A stretch of 64,000 bases of DNA. Origin: an uncultured Clostridia bacterium. GTDB lineage: Bacteria > Bacillota > Clostridia > Christensenellales > UBA1242. The stretch lies in the NCBI GenBank assembly GCA_944362965.1, contig CALVTR010000005.1:3700-67699 (forward strand), given 5' to 3'. The first letter of the stretch is position 1. The number at the start of each line of letters is the position of its first letter. Below the pieces are notes generated by a model. It saw only the letters and a list, made by a program, of their open reading frames with translations. It was not told where the DNA came from and ran no database searches. Position numbers and translations under genes: made by a program. Positions 1-9,026 of the stretch are shown one piece after another.

Positions 1-2
1 GT

Positions 3-2345
3 ATGTCTATACGCGAATATCTCTTGCAGCCGCCAAAAGTTGATATTGAAAAATTCATGCAGAAGCGTCCAAAACCACGTCAAACAGCAAGTCAAAATAT
101 GTCTTATAGTGACAACATTATAAGCTCTAGTGCGACAAACAGCGTTCCAAACAATAACGTGACAATAAGCGAAATAAACAAAAATATTGACGCTCTAAAA
201 AACAATGGAGACATTAAGCCATCAAGCTATGTTCATGAAGAAAACTACGATTTTTCTCAAGCACAATCTCTTCGTCGTGGCAATTTGCCAGATGTTAAAC
301 CTGAAGAGATAACAAATGAAGCTGAAGATATTATCAGGTCGGTTGTAGAACAAGAAAAAATAGAGCGTGAAGATGATGTGATAAATAGCTCATCTCAGCC
401 TAACCAAACTTCGCAGCCTAATAACACTTTCAATAGAGATACAAATTCATTTGAAAGAAGTAGTGATAAAAATTCATTTGATAGAAGTGCAAATGTTTTT
501 GATAGAAATGCAAATAGCACTAGTTATGACGAAGGAAAACCAACGGATAGTTCTGACTATATTGATTTCAGCAGCATAGAAGATGACGACGATGGTGGTG
601 ATATAAATGTTGATGAAAGCGTCCTGCCAGAGCGAGACAATGTGCTTTCAAGAGACAGAAATAATATCTCTCGCGACAGAAACAATATTTTGTCACGTGA
701 TAGAAATGTTGCAGGTGACGATAGTCAAACCCAAGAGCGAAGCAATAGGTTTGATATCAATCGCGATAGGGCACTTAACAGAAGTGAGCAAACGCAGCCA
801 ATCGAGCCACAAAAGAAACCTATTGACGAAATGGAGCGTCGCAAACGCTTTGTTCAGCTTGAAGATGATAAGCCGCAAGAGAAGATAAAGCCATACAAAT
901 ATACTCGTCCATCACTAGACCTTATAACAACAAAATCAGACGATTTATCAATAATCGGTGATGAAATCCCAATGAAGCGAGTGGCTCTTGAAAACGCACT
1001 TGAAAAATTTGGAGTTCCAGCTAAGGTGCAAAATGTAGTTATAGGTCCAACAGTCACAAGATATGAAATTGAGATGCCAGAAGGCATTTCAGTTAAAAGG
1101 GTATTGTCGCTAGATGCCGATATTGCCTACGCACTTTCTGCAAATGGTCAGATAAGAATTGAAGCACCAATTCCAGGTCGTAGTATTGTTGGTATTGAAG
1201 TTCCAAACAGCAAAGTTGCTAAAGTGTCTATCAAAGATGTTTTACAATCAAAAGAGTTCCAACTTAGCCCTTCACCACTTACATTTGCTCTTGGCAAAGA
1301 CATCACAGGCAATGTCAAGGTCTGCAACCTTCAAAAGATGCCGCACCTACTTGTTGCCGGAACAACAGGTTCTGGTAAGAGCGTGTGCTTAAACTCAATT
1401 ATTGTGTCTATTCTTTACAAAGCTTCACCTGATGAAGTCAAGTTTATAATGATTGACCCAAAACAAGTTGAGCTTTCTATGTATGAAGGCTTGCCACACA
1501 TGGTTATTCCAAGAGTTATCACAGACCCAACGAAAGCCGTCAATGCACTCCAGTGGGCAGTTGACGAAATGGAACGCCGTTTCAAACTTATTTCTGAAGA
1601 ACGCGTGAGAAATATAGGTGAGTATAACAAACTTGAAAAGGTTGTTCAAAATAAGGTTAAAAAGATGCCATATCTTGTTATTATCTTTGATGAGTTTGCT
1701 GATTTCATGGCTGTTGCCAAGAATGAAATTGAAGATAAGATAAGAAGAATTGCACAGAAAGCACGTGCCGCAGGTATTCACTTGATACTTGCAACACAGC
1801 GTCCTTCAACTGATGTCGTAACTGGAACACTTAAGGGCAACTTGCCAGCTCGTATTGCATTTAAGGTTGCAAGCAGAGTTGATAGTGAAGTTATCTTAGG
1901 CTCAACAGGTGCTGAAAAACTGCTTGGCTATGGTGATATGCTCTATAAACCTGCAGATGCCGAGCCTAGCCGTCTTCAAGGCTGCTTTATTGACACACCA
2001 GAAACCAAAGATATTGTAACATTTATAACTGAAAACAACGAAGAAATTTTTGATGAAGAAGCAAACAACGCAATCAACAATCCAAATAAAGCAACAAATG
2101 GCGGCGGAGAAAAAGATGGGGTTGACCCACTGCTTCCACAAGCACTCAAGATTTGTATTGATAATGGCGTTGCTTCAACAACAATGGTTCAACGTAAACT
2201 TGCAATTGGCTATCCACGTGCAGCAAGAATTGTTGACCAAATGGAAGAACGTGGCTATATTTCAAGTGCTGAAGGCTCAAAACAGCGTTCGGTTTATATA
2301 ACTATAGATGAGTTTTACTCAATATTCGGAGATATTTATGACTAA
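3..2345 (+). CDS. ftsK: DNA translocase FtsK/SpoIIIE (5' end probably outside the window)
   Basis: PHLLVAGTTGSGKSV Walker A, IIFDEFADFM Walker B, ATQRPS motif, C-terminal gamma domain (IGYPRAARIVDQME), long low-complexity linker; N-terminal membrane domain not in window. Confidence 0.95.
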   Translation: MSIREYLLQPPKVDIEKFMQKRPKPRQTASQNMSYSDNIISSSATNSVPNNNVTISEINKNIDALKNNGDIKPSSYVHEENYDFSQAQSLRRGNLPDVKPEEITNEAEDIIRSVVEQEKIEREDDVINSSSQPNQTSQPNNTFNRDTNSFERSSDKNSFDRSANVFDRNANSTSYDEGKPTDSSDYIDFSSIEDDDDGGDINVDESVLPERDNVLSRDRNNISRDRNNILSRDRNVAGDDSQTQERSNRFDINRDRALNRSEQTQPIEPQKKPIDEMERRKRFVQLEDDKPQEKIKPYKYTRPSLDLITTKSDDLSIIGDEIPMKRVALENALEKFGVPAKVQNVVIGPTVTRYEIEMPEGISVKRVLSLDADIAYALSANGQIRIEAPIPGRSIVGIEVPNSKVAKVSIKDVLQSKEFQLSPSPLTFALGKDITGNVKVCNLQKMPHLLVAGTTGSGKSVCLNSIIVSILYKASPDEVKFIMIDPKQVELSMYEGLPHMVIPRVITDPTKAVNALQWAVDEMERRFKLISEERVRNIGEYNKLEKVVQNKVKKMPYLVIIFDEFADFMAVAKNEIEDKIRRIAQKARAAGIHLILATQRPSTDVVTGTLKGNLPARIAFKVASRVDSEVILGSTGAEKLLGYGDMLYKPADAEPSRLQGCFIDTPETKDIVTFITENNEEIFDEEANNAINNPNKATNGGGEKDGVDPLLPQALKICIDNGVASTTMVQRKLAIGYPRAARIVDQMEERGYISSAEGSKQRSVYITIDEFYSIFGDIYD
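430..710 (+). repeat. Imperfect tandem peptide repeats in the FtsK linker
   Basis: FNRDTNS/FERSSDKNS/FDRSANV/FDRNANS and RDNVLS/RDRNNIS/RDRNNILS/RDRN units. Confidence 0.6.
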
Positions 2346-3660
2346 GGAAGAACTAACGAAAAAGCTTATTTCAGCAATAAGCTTAGGTTGTGATAAAAAC
2401 AAGGTTGACCTTGAAAATATGCTTGGAAGACTAAAAGAATATGGCTTTCAAATAACAGATGAAGTTGAAAATTCTGATATTGTCATTGTCAACACTTGTG
2501 CATTTATTCAGCCAGCTCAAGAAGAAGCTATTATGAACATACTTGAAATGGAAAAGCTTAAAGAAAAGGGTGTGATAGAAAAAATCATTGTTACAGGCTG
2601 CTTTCCAGAACGAAACTATAACTCCATGAAAGAGAACTTTCCAACTATTGACGCATTCTTGCATCTAAGAGAAAATGAAAATATTGTTCAAATCATTGAA
2701 GGGCTTTATGGGCTTGAAATGTCAAAGCCAATCAAAAAGTATGAAAGAGTTTTGACAAACAGCCCAAGCTATGCATATTTAAAGATAGCAGACGGCTGTA
2801 ACAATGCATGCTCTTATTGCACAATTCCACGCATAAGGGGAAGGTTTGTAAGTTATGATATGGACGACCTTGTTCAAGAGGCGAAAAATCTAGTAGCACG
2901 CGGCGTGCAAGAGCTTATACTTGTTGCTCAAGACACAACACGCTATGGCGAAGATTTATATGGTGAGCCAAGCCTTATAAAACTCTGCGAAAGGTTGTCA
3001 AAGATAAAAGAACTTCACTCAATAAGGTTTCACTACGCCTATCCTGAAAAGGTCACTGACCAGCTTTTAGATTTTATTGTCAAGAATGATAAGATTTGCA
3101 AATATTTAGACATCCCACTTCAACATATTGACGATAAAATATTAAAAAGTATGCGAAGACGTCTTGGCGAAGAAGAGATACGCTCGCTTATAGAAAAGAT
3201 TAGAACTAGTTATCCACAAATTTCACTTAGAACAACCTTTATTATAGGCTACCCAGGAGAGACCCGCAAGCAGTTTAAAAAACTTTGTGACTTTATAAAG
3301 GAAAGCAAATTTGACTATGCGGGGTTCTTCCCATATTCAAGAGAGCCAAACACAGCAAGTTTCTTTATGAAAAAGCAAGTGCCTGAGTTTATAAAGAAAC
3401 TTAGAGTTAAGAAGATAACAAAGCTTCAAAACGAAATTGTCAGCGAAAAGGCAAGGGATGTGATAGGACAAACAATCGAAGTTCTTGTTGATTCCTTTGA
3501 CCAAAATAGCGGCGAATATATAGGTCATTCACAAAATATGTCGCCTTTAGTTGACTTTAATGTGCGTTTTGTGGATAATGGTAATATAAATTGCTATACA
3601 TATGTAAAAATCAAAATTTATGATTTTGATGGAAGCGATTATAAAGGGGAGGTTGTATGA
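2338..3660 (+). CDS. rimO: Ribosomal protein S12 methylthiotransferase RimO
   Basis: ISLGCDKNKVD, VNTCAFI, radical SAM motif KIADGCNNACSYC, C-terminal TRAM-like region; ftsK-rimO-pgsA synteny; ATG 2338 overlapping the ftsK end preferred over 2308. Confidence 0.92.
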   Translation: MTKEELTKKLISAISLGCDKNKVDLENMLGRLKEYGFQITDEVENSDIVIVNTCAFIQPAQEEAIMNILEMEKLKEKGVIEKIIVTGCFPERNYNSMKENFPTIDAFLHLRENENIVQIIEGLYGLEMSKPIKKYERVLTNSPSYAYLKIADGCNNACSYCTIPRIRGRFVSYDMDDLVQEAKNLVARGVQELILVAQDTTRYGEDLYGEPSLIKLCERLSKIKELHSIRFHYAYPEKVTDQLLDFIVKNDKICKYLDIPLQHIDDKILKSMRRRLGEEEIRSLIEKIRTSYPQISLRTTFIIGYPGETRKQFKKLCDFIKESKFDYAGFFPYSREPNTASFFMKKQVPEFIKKLRVKKITKLQNEIVSEKARDVIGQTIEVLVDSFDQNSGEYIGHSQNMSPLVDFNVRFVDNGNINCYTYVKIKIYDFDGSDYKGEVV

Positions 3661-4403
3661 ATACACCAAATAAAATAACATTGTCAAGATTGCTGCTTTT
3701 GCCAATTATTATATTTTTCTATTTAGCAGATTTTATTTTTTATGGAAGACTTGTTGCAACTATTGTGTTTACAATAGCATGCTTAACTGATTTTCTTGAT
3801 GGCTATCTTGCAAGAAAAAACAATCAGGTGACAGACCTTGGCAAATTCTTTGATTCTATTGCTGATAAAGTTCTAATTATGACTGGCATGATACTAATTG
3901 TAGCCGTGCCTGTGCAAGGATATACAACGGTCTTTAATCCAACACAATGGCTTGGTGTCACTTGCATAATAATCATGCTTGCTCGTGAGTTTATAATAAG
4001 TGCTTTAAGACAAGTTGCAGCTTCTAAAGGGATAGTTCTTGCTGCCGATAAGGGCGGAAAAATAAAGGCGACCGTTCAATATATTTCGGTAACCTTATAT
4101 ATGTTTTTTGGTTTTATTTTAACAGATATAGTTCCAACGGAGATATCAGAAAGCACTGATAGAATTTTATCTATAGTTAGATTTATTCTTATGGTTATTT
4201 TGATTGTGGCAACATTGCTTACAATTTATTCAGGGGCTAGTTATCTAATAAGAAATAGAAAGGTTTTCACGTCTAAAAAAGGCACAGTTATCACTGACGA
4301 AGATGAAGAAGAAACAACAGAAGACAAAAATGAAGAAGCAGCTTTTCAAGCTCAAGAGAGCAAAGAAACAGAAAGTAAAACTGAAGAAAATAAAAAGGAA
4401 TAA
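3657..4403 (+). CDS. pgsA: CDP-diacylglycerol--glycerol-3-phosphate 3-phosphatidyltransferase
   Basis: PNKITLSR and DFLDGYLARKNNQVTDLGKFFDSIADK CDP-alcohol phosphotransferase motif. Confidence 0.95.
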   Translation: MNTPNKITLSRLLLLPIIIFFYLADFIFYGRLVATIVFTIACLTDFLDGYLARKNNQVTDLGKFFDSIADKVLIMTGMILIVAVPVQGYTTVFNPTQWLGVTCIIIMLAREFIISALRQVAASKGIVLAADKGGKIKATVQYISVTLYMFFGFILTDIVPTEISESTDRILSIVRFILMVILIVATLLTIYSGASYLIRNRKVFTSKKGTVITDEDEEETTEDKNEEAAFQAQESKETESKTEENKKE

Positions 4404-4409
4404 CAAAAA

Positions 4410-5399
4410 ATGGAATATAAGGTTTTTATATTTTCAAATGATGTCGTAAATGGACAAGGCAGTTTTGATTATGATAAATTCAATAAAATTTGTGCTTATA
4501 ATCTTATAAACATCAAAGAATTTAATATCAAAAAATTTGACATTGAAAGGCATTTCATAGAAGATAATGAAAACCTTTTAATTTTTTGTAACAATGCAAA
4601 CCTTGACAACTTCATGATTAAAAACATCAATTCGCTTGGCAATAAAAAAACTTTTATAGAAGAGCAAATAGTTGTCTTTTATAAAGGCGAAAATAAAATT
4701 GTTTTTGTGCCACTTGAAAGTGATTTAGAACTTCTCAACAAGGTTTTTGCTCGCAATGAGAACAAAAAATATTGCGAATATCATTTGTTCGGTTTAGGGA
4801 AAAGTCAAATAGAAGAAAAATTACATAAATTGCAAAGCGAAATTGATGGTTTTGAGTATAAATTTTTATATAACAACTTGTTAAGCGACATTTACGTTGC
4901 ATATAATGGTAATCTAATTTTGATAGACGATAGTCAAGTGAAGATTGCGTCGGAGTTTAAGCAATATGTATATAGTGAAAATGAAACAATCTTAACTGAA
5001 ATTGTGGGTAAAATGTTAAAATTAAGGTCTAAGACCCTTGCAATTTGTGAGAATATAACAAAAGGAATGATTGTTTATAGTATGTTTAAGGATAATGAGA
5101 ATTTTAATGAATCCTTAAAGACTTTCTCTTTTGATAACTTTGAGTATCTTGCAAATGACGAGTTATATAATAAAGCGGTATCCTTTTTAAAATCCTCGCA
5201 AGCTGATATTGCCGTTATGACAAATGGCAGGTTTTTAAATGATGGAATAGAATTTAACTTTGCTCTAGCCGACAGCAAAGAAGTTCATATTTTCAAAAAC
5301 ACATTCAAATCTGACAAAAACACATGTCTTGAAATGGCAACAAATTCGCTGTTATTTCATTTAGCAAAAAAACTTAGACAAAATGATTTTACTTTTTAA
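4410..5399 (+). CDS. cinA: Highly diverged CinA-like protein (PncC NMN-deamidase motif degenerate)
   Basis: Canonical pgsA-cinA-recA position; HLFGLGKSQIEEKL resembles the CinA middle domain; KTLAICENITKG corresponds to consensus xTLAVAESCTGG. Confidence 0.65.
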   Translation: MEYKVFIFSNDVVNGQGSFDYDKFNKICAYNLINIKEFNIKKFDIERHFIEDNENLLIFCNNANLDNFMIKNINSLGNKKTFIEEQIVVFYKGENKIVFVPLESDLELLNKVFARNENKKYCEYHLFGLGKSQIEEKLHKLQSEIDGFEYKFLYNNLLSDIYVAYNGNLILIDDSQVKIASEFKQYVYSENETILTEIVGKMLKLRSKTLAICENITKGMIVYSMFKDNENFNESLKTFSFDNFEYLANDELYNKAVSFLKSSQADIAVMTNGRFLNDGIEFNFALADSKEVHIFKNTFKSDKNTCLEMATNSLLFHLAKKLRQNDFTF

Positions 5400-5468
5400 A
5401 ATATGCTTTGAAAAGTCAACAAAATTTGATAAAATATAGATATAAATTTGGATAAAAGGTAGTAAATT

Positions 5469-6524
5469 ATGGAAAAGAAAGACGTAAAAAAAGACAGCAA
5501 AAAAGAAGCACTAGACCAAGCACTACTTCAAATTGAGAAACAATATGGAAAGGGTGCTATTATGAAACTTGGCGATAAGGTCAATGAACCTATTGACGTT
5601 ATTCCAACAGGTTGTTTGACTTTAGATATCGCGCTTGGCATTGGCGGTATTCCACGCGGAAGAGTTATTGAAATTTATGGACCTGAATCATCAGGTAAAA
5701 CAACAGTATCCCTTCATATCATAGCAGAAGCTCAAAAGATGGGCGGCACTGCTGCATTTATTGATGCTGAACATGCACTAGACCCAATTTACGCAGAAAA
5801 ATTAGGGGTTAAACTTGATGACCTTCTTGTTTCTCAACCAGACAATGGTGAACAAGCACTCAATATTTGCGAATCACTTGTAAAGTCGGGTGCAGTTGAT
5901 ATTGTTGTAGTTGACTCTGTTGCAGCACTCACTCCTAAAGCTGAGATTGATGGTGAAATGGGGGACAACCATGTTGGACTTCAAGCCAGAATGATGAGCC
6001 AAGCTTTAAGAAAACTTACAGGTATAATCAACAAAAGCAACACAACCGTCATCTTTATCAATCAACTTCGTGAAAAGGTTGGTGTTATGTTTGGCTCGCC
6101 TGAAACAACCACAGGGGGTAAGGCACTCAAGTTCTATTCAAGTATCAGACTTGACGTAAGAAAGAAAGATACTATCAAGGACGGAACAAACTTTATCGGA
6201 AATAGAACACAAGTCAAAGTTGTCAAGAACAAACTTGCGCCACCATTTAGAACAGCAGAATTTGATATCGTTTATGGTCAAGGCATAAGCCAGGTCGGAT
6301 GCGTTATCGACCTTGCACTTGATAAAGATATAATCAAAAAGTCAGGGTCATGGTTCTCATATAATGATGAGAAGATTGGACAGGGTAAAGAAAATGTTAA
6401 AGCCTACCTTGAACAAAATCAAGATGTATTCAATGAAATCTTTGATAAGGTTAAAGCAGCTTATGGTATAGGCGGTGCAAAGACTGAAACCACAGAAACT
6501 GTCGCAAATAATGACCAAGAATAA
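5469..6524 (+). CDS. recA: Recombinase RecA
   Basis: [40 protein letters not shown]. Confidence 0.99.
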   Translation: MEKKDVKKDSKKEALDQALLQIEKQYGKGAIMKLGDKVNEPIDVIPTGCLTLDIALGIGGIPRGRVIEIYGPESSGKTTVSLHIIAEAQKMGGTAAFIDAEHALDPIYAEKLGVKLDDLLVSQPDNGEQALNICESLVKSGAVDIVVVDSVAALTPKAEIDGEMGDNHVGLQARMMSQALRKLTGIINKSNTTVIFINQLREKVGVMFGSPETTTGGKALKFYSSIRLDVRKKDTIKDGTNFIGNRTQVKVVKNKLAPPFRTAEFDIVYGQGISQVGCVIDLALDKDIIKKSGSWFSYNDEKIGQGKENVKAYLEQNQDVFNEIFDKVKAAYGIGGAKTETTETVANNDQE

Positions 6525-6553
6525 AATTGTAATAAAATATTAATATAAATATT

Positions 6554-6580
6554 AAGAGCATTATTTAATGCTCTTTTTTT
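6554..6580 (+). terminator. Intrinsic terminator after recA
   Basis: AAGAGCATTA-tt-TAATGCTCTT hairpin plus T-run. Confidence 0.8.
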
Positions 6581-6644
6581 GTGTGCAAAAACTATAAAGT
6601 TACAATAAATTTTTTTAATTTTTTAAAAAAATAATAAAAAGTAG

Positions 6645-6690
6645 TTGACATATTTTTAACTTTATGATACTATCATAGTGATAATATCAC
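6645..6690 (+). promoter_or_regulatory. SigA promoter with overlapping tandem palindromes (candidate operator) for the ligase-domain/pnuC/kinase operon
   Basis: TTGACA 6645-6650, 17 nt, TG-n-TACTAT 6665-6673; TGATACTATCA 6665-6675 and GTGATAATATCAC 6678-6690. Confidence 0.75.
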
Positions 6691-6715
6691 AAACACAATA
6701 TCAAAGGAAGTTTTT

Positions 6716-7567
6716 ATGAAGGATAAAACAATAGAAAAAATTAAAAAAGATGGTATAAACTCATATATTGAAACACATAGGTTTGCAAAACACAAAGTCA
6801 AACACCTAATGAAAAAATACGCGACCGCCTATTATAGCGGGCAGGCACTTATTGAAGATGAAGATTTTGAGTATTTGATACAAACTTTAAAAGTTTTAGA
6901 TAAAGATGATGAGTATCTTCAGAAATCTGGGTGGGGTTATAAACTAAAAAATGGCAAAAAACATATATACGGAAAGGTAGGAACGCTTAACTATTATTTT
7001 GATTTCAAAAAAATTGAAGAAACATTTAAAGACGATAAAAAGATAGTTATTATGCCTAAATTTGATGGAATAAATTTTGCGTTATACTATAAAGATGGCA
7101 ACCTTCTATATTGCTTGACACGTGGAGATGGTTATAAGGGAAAGGACATAACTAAAAAGTATAAAAATCATTTGCTAAAAATACCTAAGGAATTTGAAAA
7201 AAGTGATTTTGGTATAGTCGGGGAGATTATTTTAGAGAAAGATGCTTCCGTCAAAATAAAACCCAGAGATTACGTAGCAAAAATAATAAATTCACACTTT
7301 TTAGATAACGAAAAGTTAAGTTTCATGCCGTTTGGTTTTTTATATAATCCATTGCAAGATAAGCCAGATTATCTTTCACAGCTTGAGACACTTGATAAAT
7401 TTTTAGATAGCAAAATAGAGAGAATAAGTTTCGACTTCTTGCCTAATTTTGCTACGATGGAAAAAATTTATAAGAATTATCAGACAAGATATTTTATTGA
7501 TGGGCTTGTGATATCAAATTTAGACAAAAGCAAGCAAGTTGCATTAAAATTTGCAAAAGATTGTTAA
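6716..7567 (+). CDS. Stand-alone adenylation module (domain Ia + nucleotidyltransferase) of NAD+-dependent DNA ligase family
   Basis: Domain Ia-like AYYSGQALIEDEDFE; motif I PKFDG (Lys115); LTRGDGYKGKDIT; motif III GEII; PRD; motif IV IDGLVI; motif V VALKF then stop; no OB, Zn-finger, HhH or BRCT. Confidence 0.88.
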   Translation: MKDKTIEKIKKDGINSYIETHRFAKHKVKHLMKKYATAYYSGQALIEDEDFEYLIQTLKVLDKDDEYLQKSGWGYKLKNGKKHIYGKVGTLNYYFDFKKIEETFKDDKKIVIMPKFDGINFALYYKDGNLLYCLTRGDGYKGKDITKKYKNHLLKIPKEFEKSDFGIVGEIILEKDASVKIKPRDYVAKIINSHFLDNEKLSFMPFGFLYNPLQDKPDYLSQLETLDKFLDSKIERISFDFLPNFATMEKIYKNYQTRYFIDGLVISNLDKSKQVALKFAKDC

Positions 7568-7583
7568 GTAAAAGGAGAATATT

Positions 7584-8369
7584 ATGAAAAAATTTTTTAG
7601 TAAATTTAAACTATGGGAACTTATTTGGATTCCACTTTCACTTGTGCTCATAACTGGTGCTTGGCTTCTTGAATATTTTTTAACGCCAGTTGATATGAGA
7701 GATACTATTGTATGGCAAATAATCTACTTTATTGCCACATTTACAGGCATGTTATGCGTTGTGCTTACAAGCGGTAAAAGATGGGTGCAATGGATAGTAG
7801 GGCTTATCAATATTGCGGGCTTTATTGCTCTTTATTGGCACTGGCAATTATATGGAAATTTCGCGTTAAATCTTGGTTTTTATATTCCAGCATCAATCGT
7901 TGGTATAATTTATTGGCTTAAAAATAGAGACACAAAAGACACATGCCATGTTCGAGAACTTTCAAAAAAGAATAAAATTATCATGGCGATTGCATCTGTC
8001 GTTTCATTGGTTGTGATTGCAATCCCACTTTCTTATCTTGATAGAAGTGCAGGAGAATTATGGACTTTCGTAGGCTTTCTTGATAGTGCGGGAACCGTGC
8101 TTGGAATTATAGGTCAGGTGCTTTCAAATTTAAGATACACAGAGCAGTGGTGGGTATGGATAATACTTGATGTTGTAATGGCAATTTTAAACTTTGTGAT
8201 AGGTTCTTATGCTATGGGTGTTATGTATATTCTTTGGACCACAAATGCAGTTATCGGTCTAATTGTATGGCATAAATCAGCAAAAAAGGATGCAGAGCTT
8301 TCAGCTCAATCGGTTCAAATTGAAAACCTAGACGGGCAAAAAGAAGGTGAAGAAAATGAAACAAAATAA
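7584..8369 (+). CDS. pnuC: PnuC-family nicotinamide riboside/vitamin transporter
   Basis: Multi-TM; GMLCVVL, LYG, GIIYW, FLDS, RYTEQWWVWIILD (PnuC WxxW motif), GLIVW; SD AAAGGAG. Confidence 0.9.
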   Translation: MKKFFSKFKLWELIWIPLSLVLITGAWLLEYFLTPVDMRDTIVWQIIYFIATFTGMLCVVLTSGKRWVQWIVGLINIAGFIALYWHWQLYGNFALNLGFYIPASIVGIIYWLKNRDTKDTCHVRELSKKNKIIMAIASVVSLVVIAIPLSYLDRSAGELWTFVGFLDSAGTVLGIIGQVLSNLRYTEQWWVWIILDVVMAILNFVIGSYAMGVMYILWTTNAVIGLIVWHKSAKKDAELSAQSVQIENLDGQKEGEENETK

Positions 8370-8967
8370 GATAGTATTTCTATTTTGCGGAGTAGAATCC
8401 ACAGGGAAAAGCACATCTGTGGAGCTGGCTAATAAATACTTAAAAGAAAAGGGACTTAACGTCAAAGTTGTAGGTGAAGTTGGTCGCGATATAAGTGTTG
8501 GCAGCGGCGGAGTTGACAGCATGAGCTTATTTGACTATGAACATATCTTATTTTCGCATCAAGCAAACTTTTTGTCAGCTTATGGAAGCGACTGCCAAGT
8601 AATTCTTTTAGATACAGACTCAATTTACACAAGATACTATCTTGAAAAGGATGAAACATTATTAAGTAGCAACAAAGAGTTAAGTCATAATTTAATACAG
8701 CTTGCAGGAGATATAGTAAAATTAAATTTAAAAAATTCTAGAATCACAAAACTCATTTACCTAAATAGTGATTGTCCTTTTGTTCAAGACGGCACAAGAA
8801 CATATGAAAAAACACGCAAACAAGATGACAGCATTTTGCTAAATTTGTATAAAAAGTCCTATGACGATAAACTTATATCTATAGTAGACGGGAAAGATTT
8901 TGCATTGCGATATGAGAAAATAAAGGAAATAATAAACGAAACATTAGCTAAAGAAACAGATAGATAA
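8356..8967 (+). CDS. NadR-type ribosylnicotinamide kinase domain (P-loop, AAA_28-like), without NMN adenylyltransferase domain
   Basis: GVESTGKST Walker A, EVGR, LLDTD, PFVQDGTR match NadR kinase motifs; overlaps pnuC; no HxGH domain; ATG 8356 preferred (GTG 8347 alternative). Confidence 0.85.
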   Translation: MKQNKIVFLFCGVESTGKSTSVELANKYLKEKGLNVKVVGEVGRDISVGSGGVDSMSLFDYEHILFSHQANFLSAYGSDCQVILLDTDSIYTRYYLEKDETLLSSNKELSHNLIQLAGDIVKLNLKNSRITKLIYLNSDCPFVQDGTRTYEKTRKQDDSILLNLYKKSYDDKLISIVDGKDFALRYEKIKEIINETLAKETDR

Positions 8968-8971
8968 TTAT

Positions 8972-9008
8972 AAAAAGAACATATTTTAAATTTCAATATG
9001 TTCTTTTT
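8972..9008. terminator. Bidirectional terminator between convergent kinase and PBP genes
   Basis: AAAAAGAACATATT...AATATGTTCTTTTT inverted repeat. Confidence 0.75.
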
Positions 9009-9026
9009 GTTTGCAAATATTAAGGT

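Noticed and set aside
5400-5468. LexA (GAAC-N4-GTTC) box upstream of recA
   Set aside because: No convincing match seen.
6676-6692. Rex box
   Set aside because: GTGA-N5-TCAC spacing is one base short of the Rex consensus; kept only as an unassigned operator.
6716-7567. Calling this the housekeeping ligA or a simple ligA pseudogene
   Set aside because: It lacks the domains needed for nick sealing, ends cleanly at the domain boundary, is followed 16 nt later by pnuC with no room for a remnant, and keeps the catalytic motifs and a strong promoter. A pseudogene is not fully excluded without orthologue comparison.
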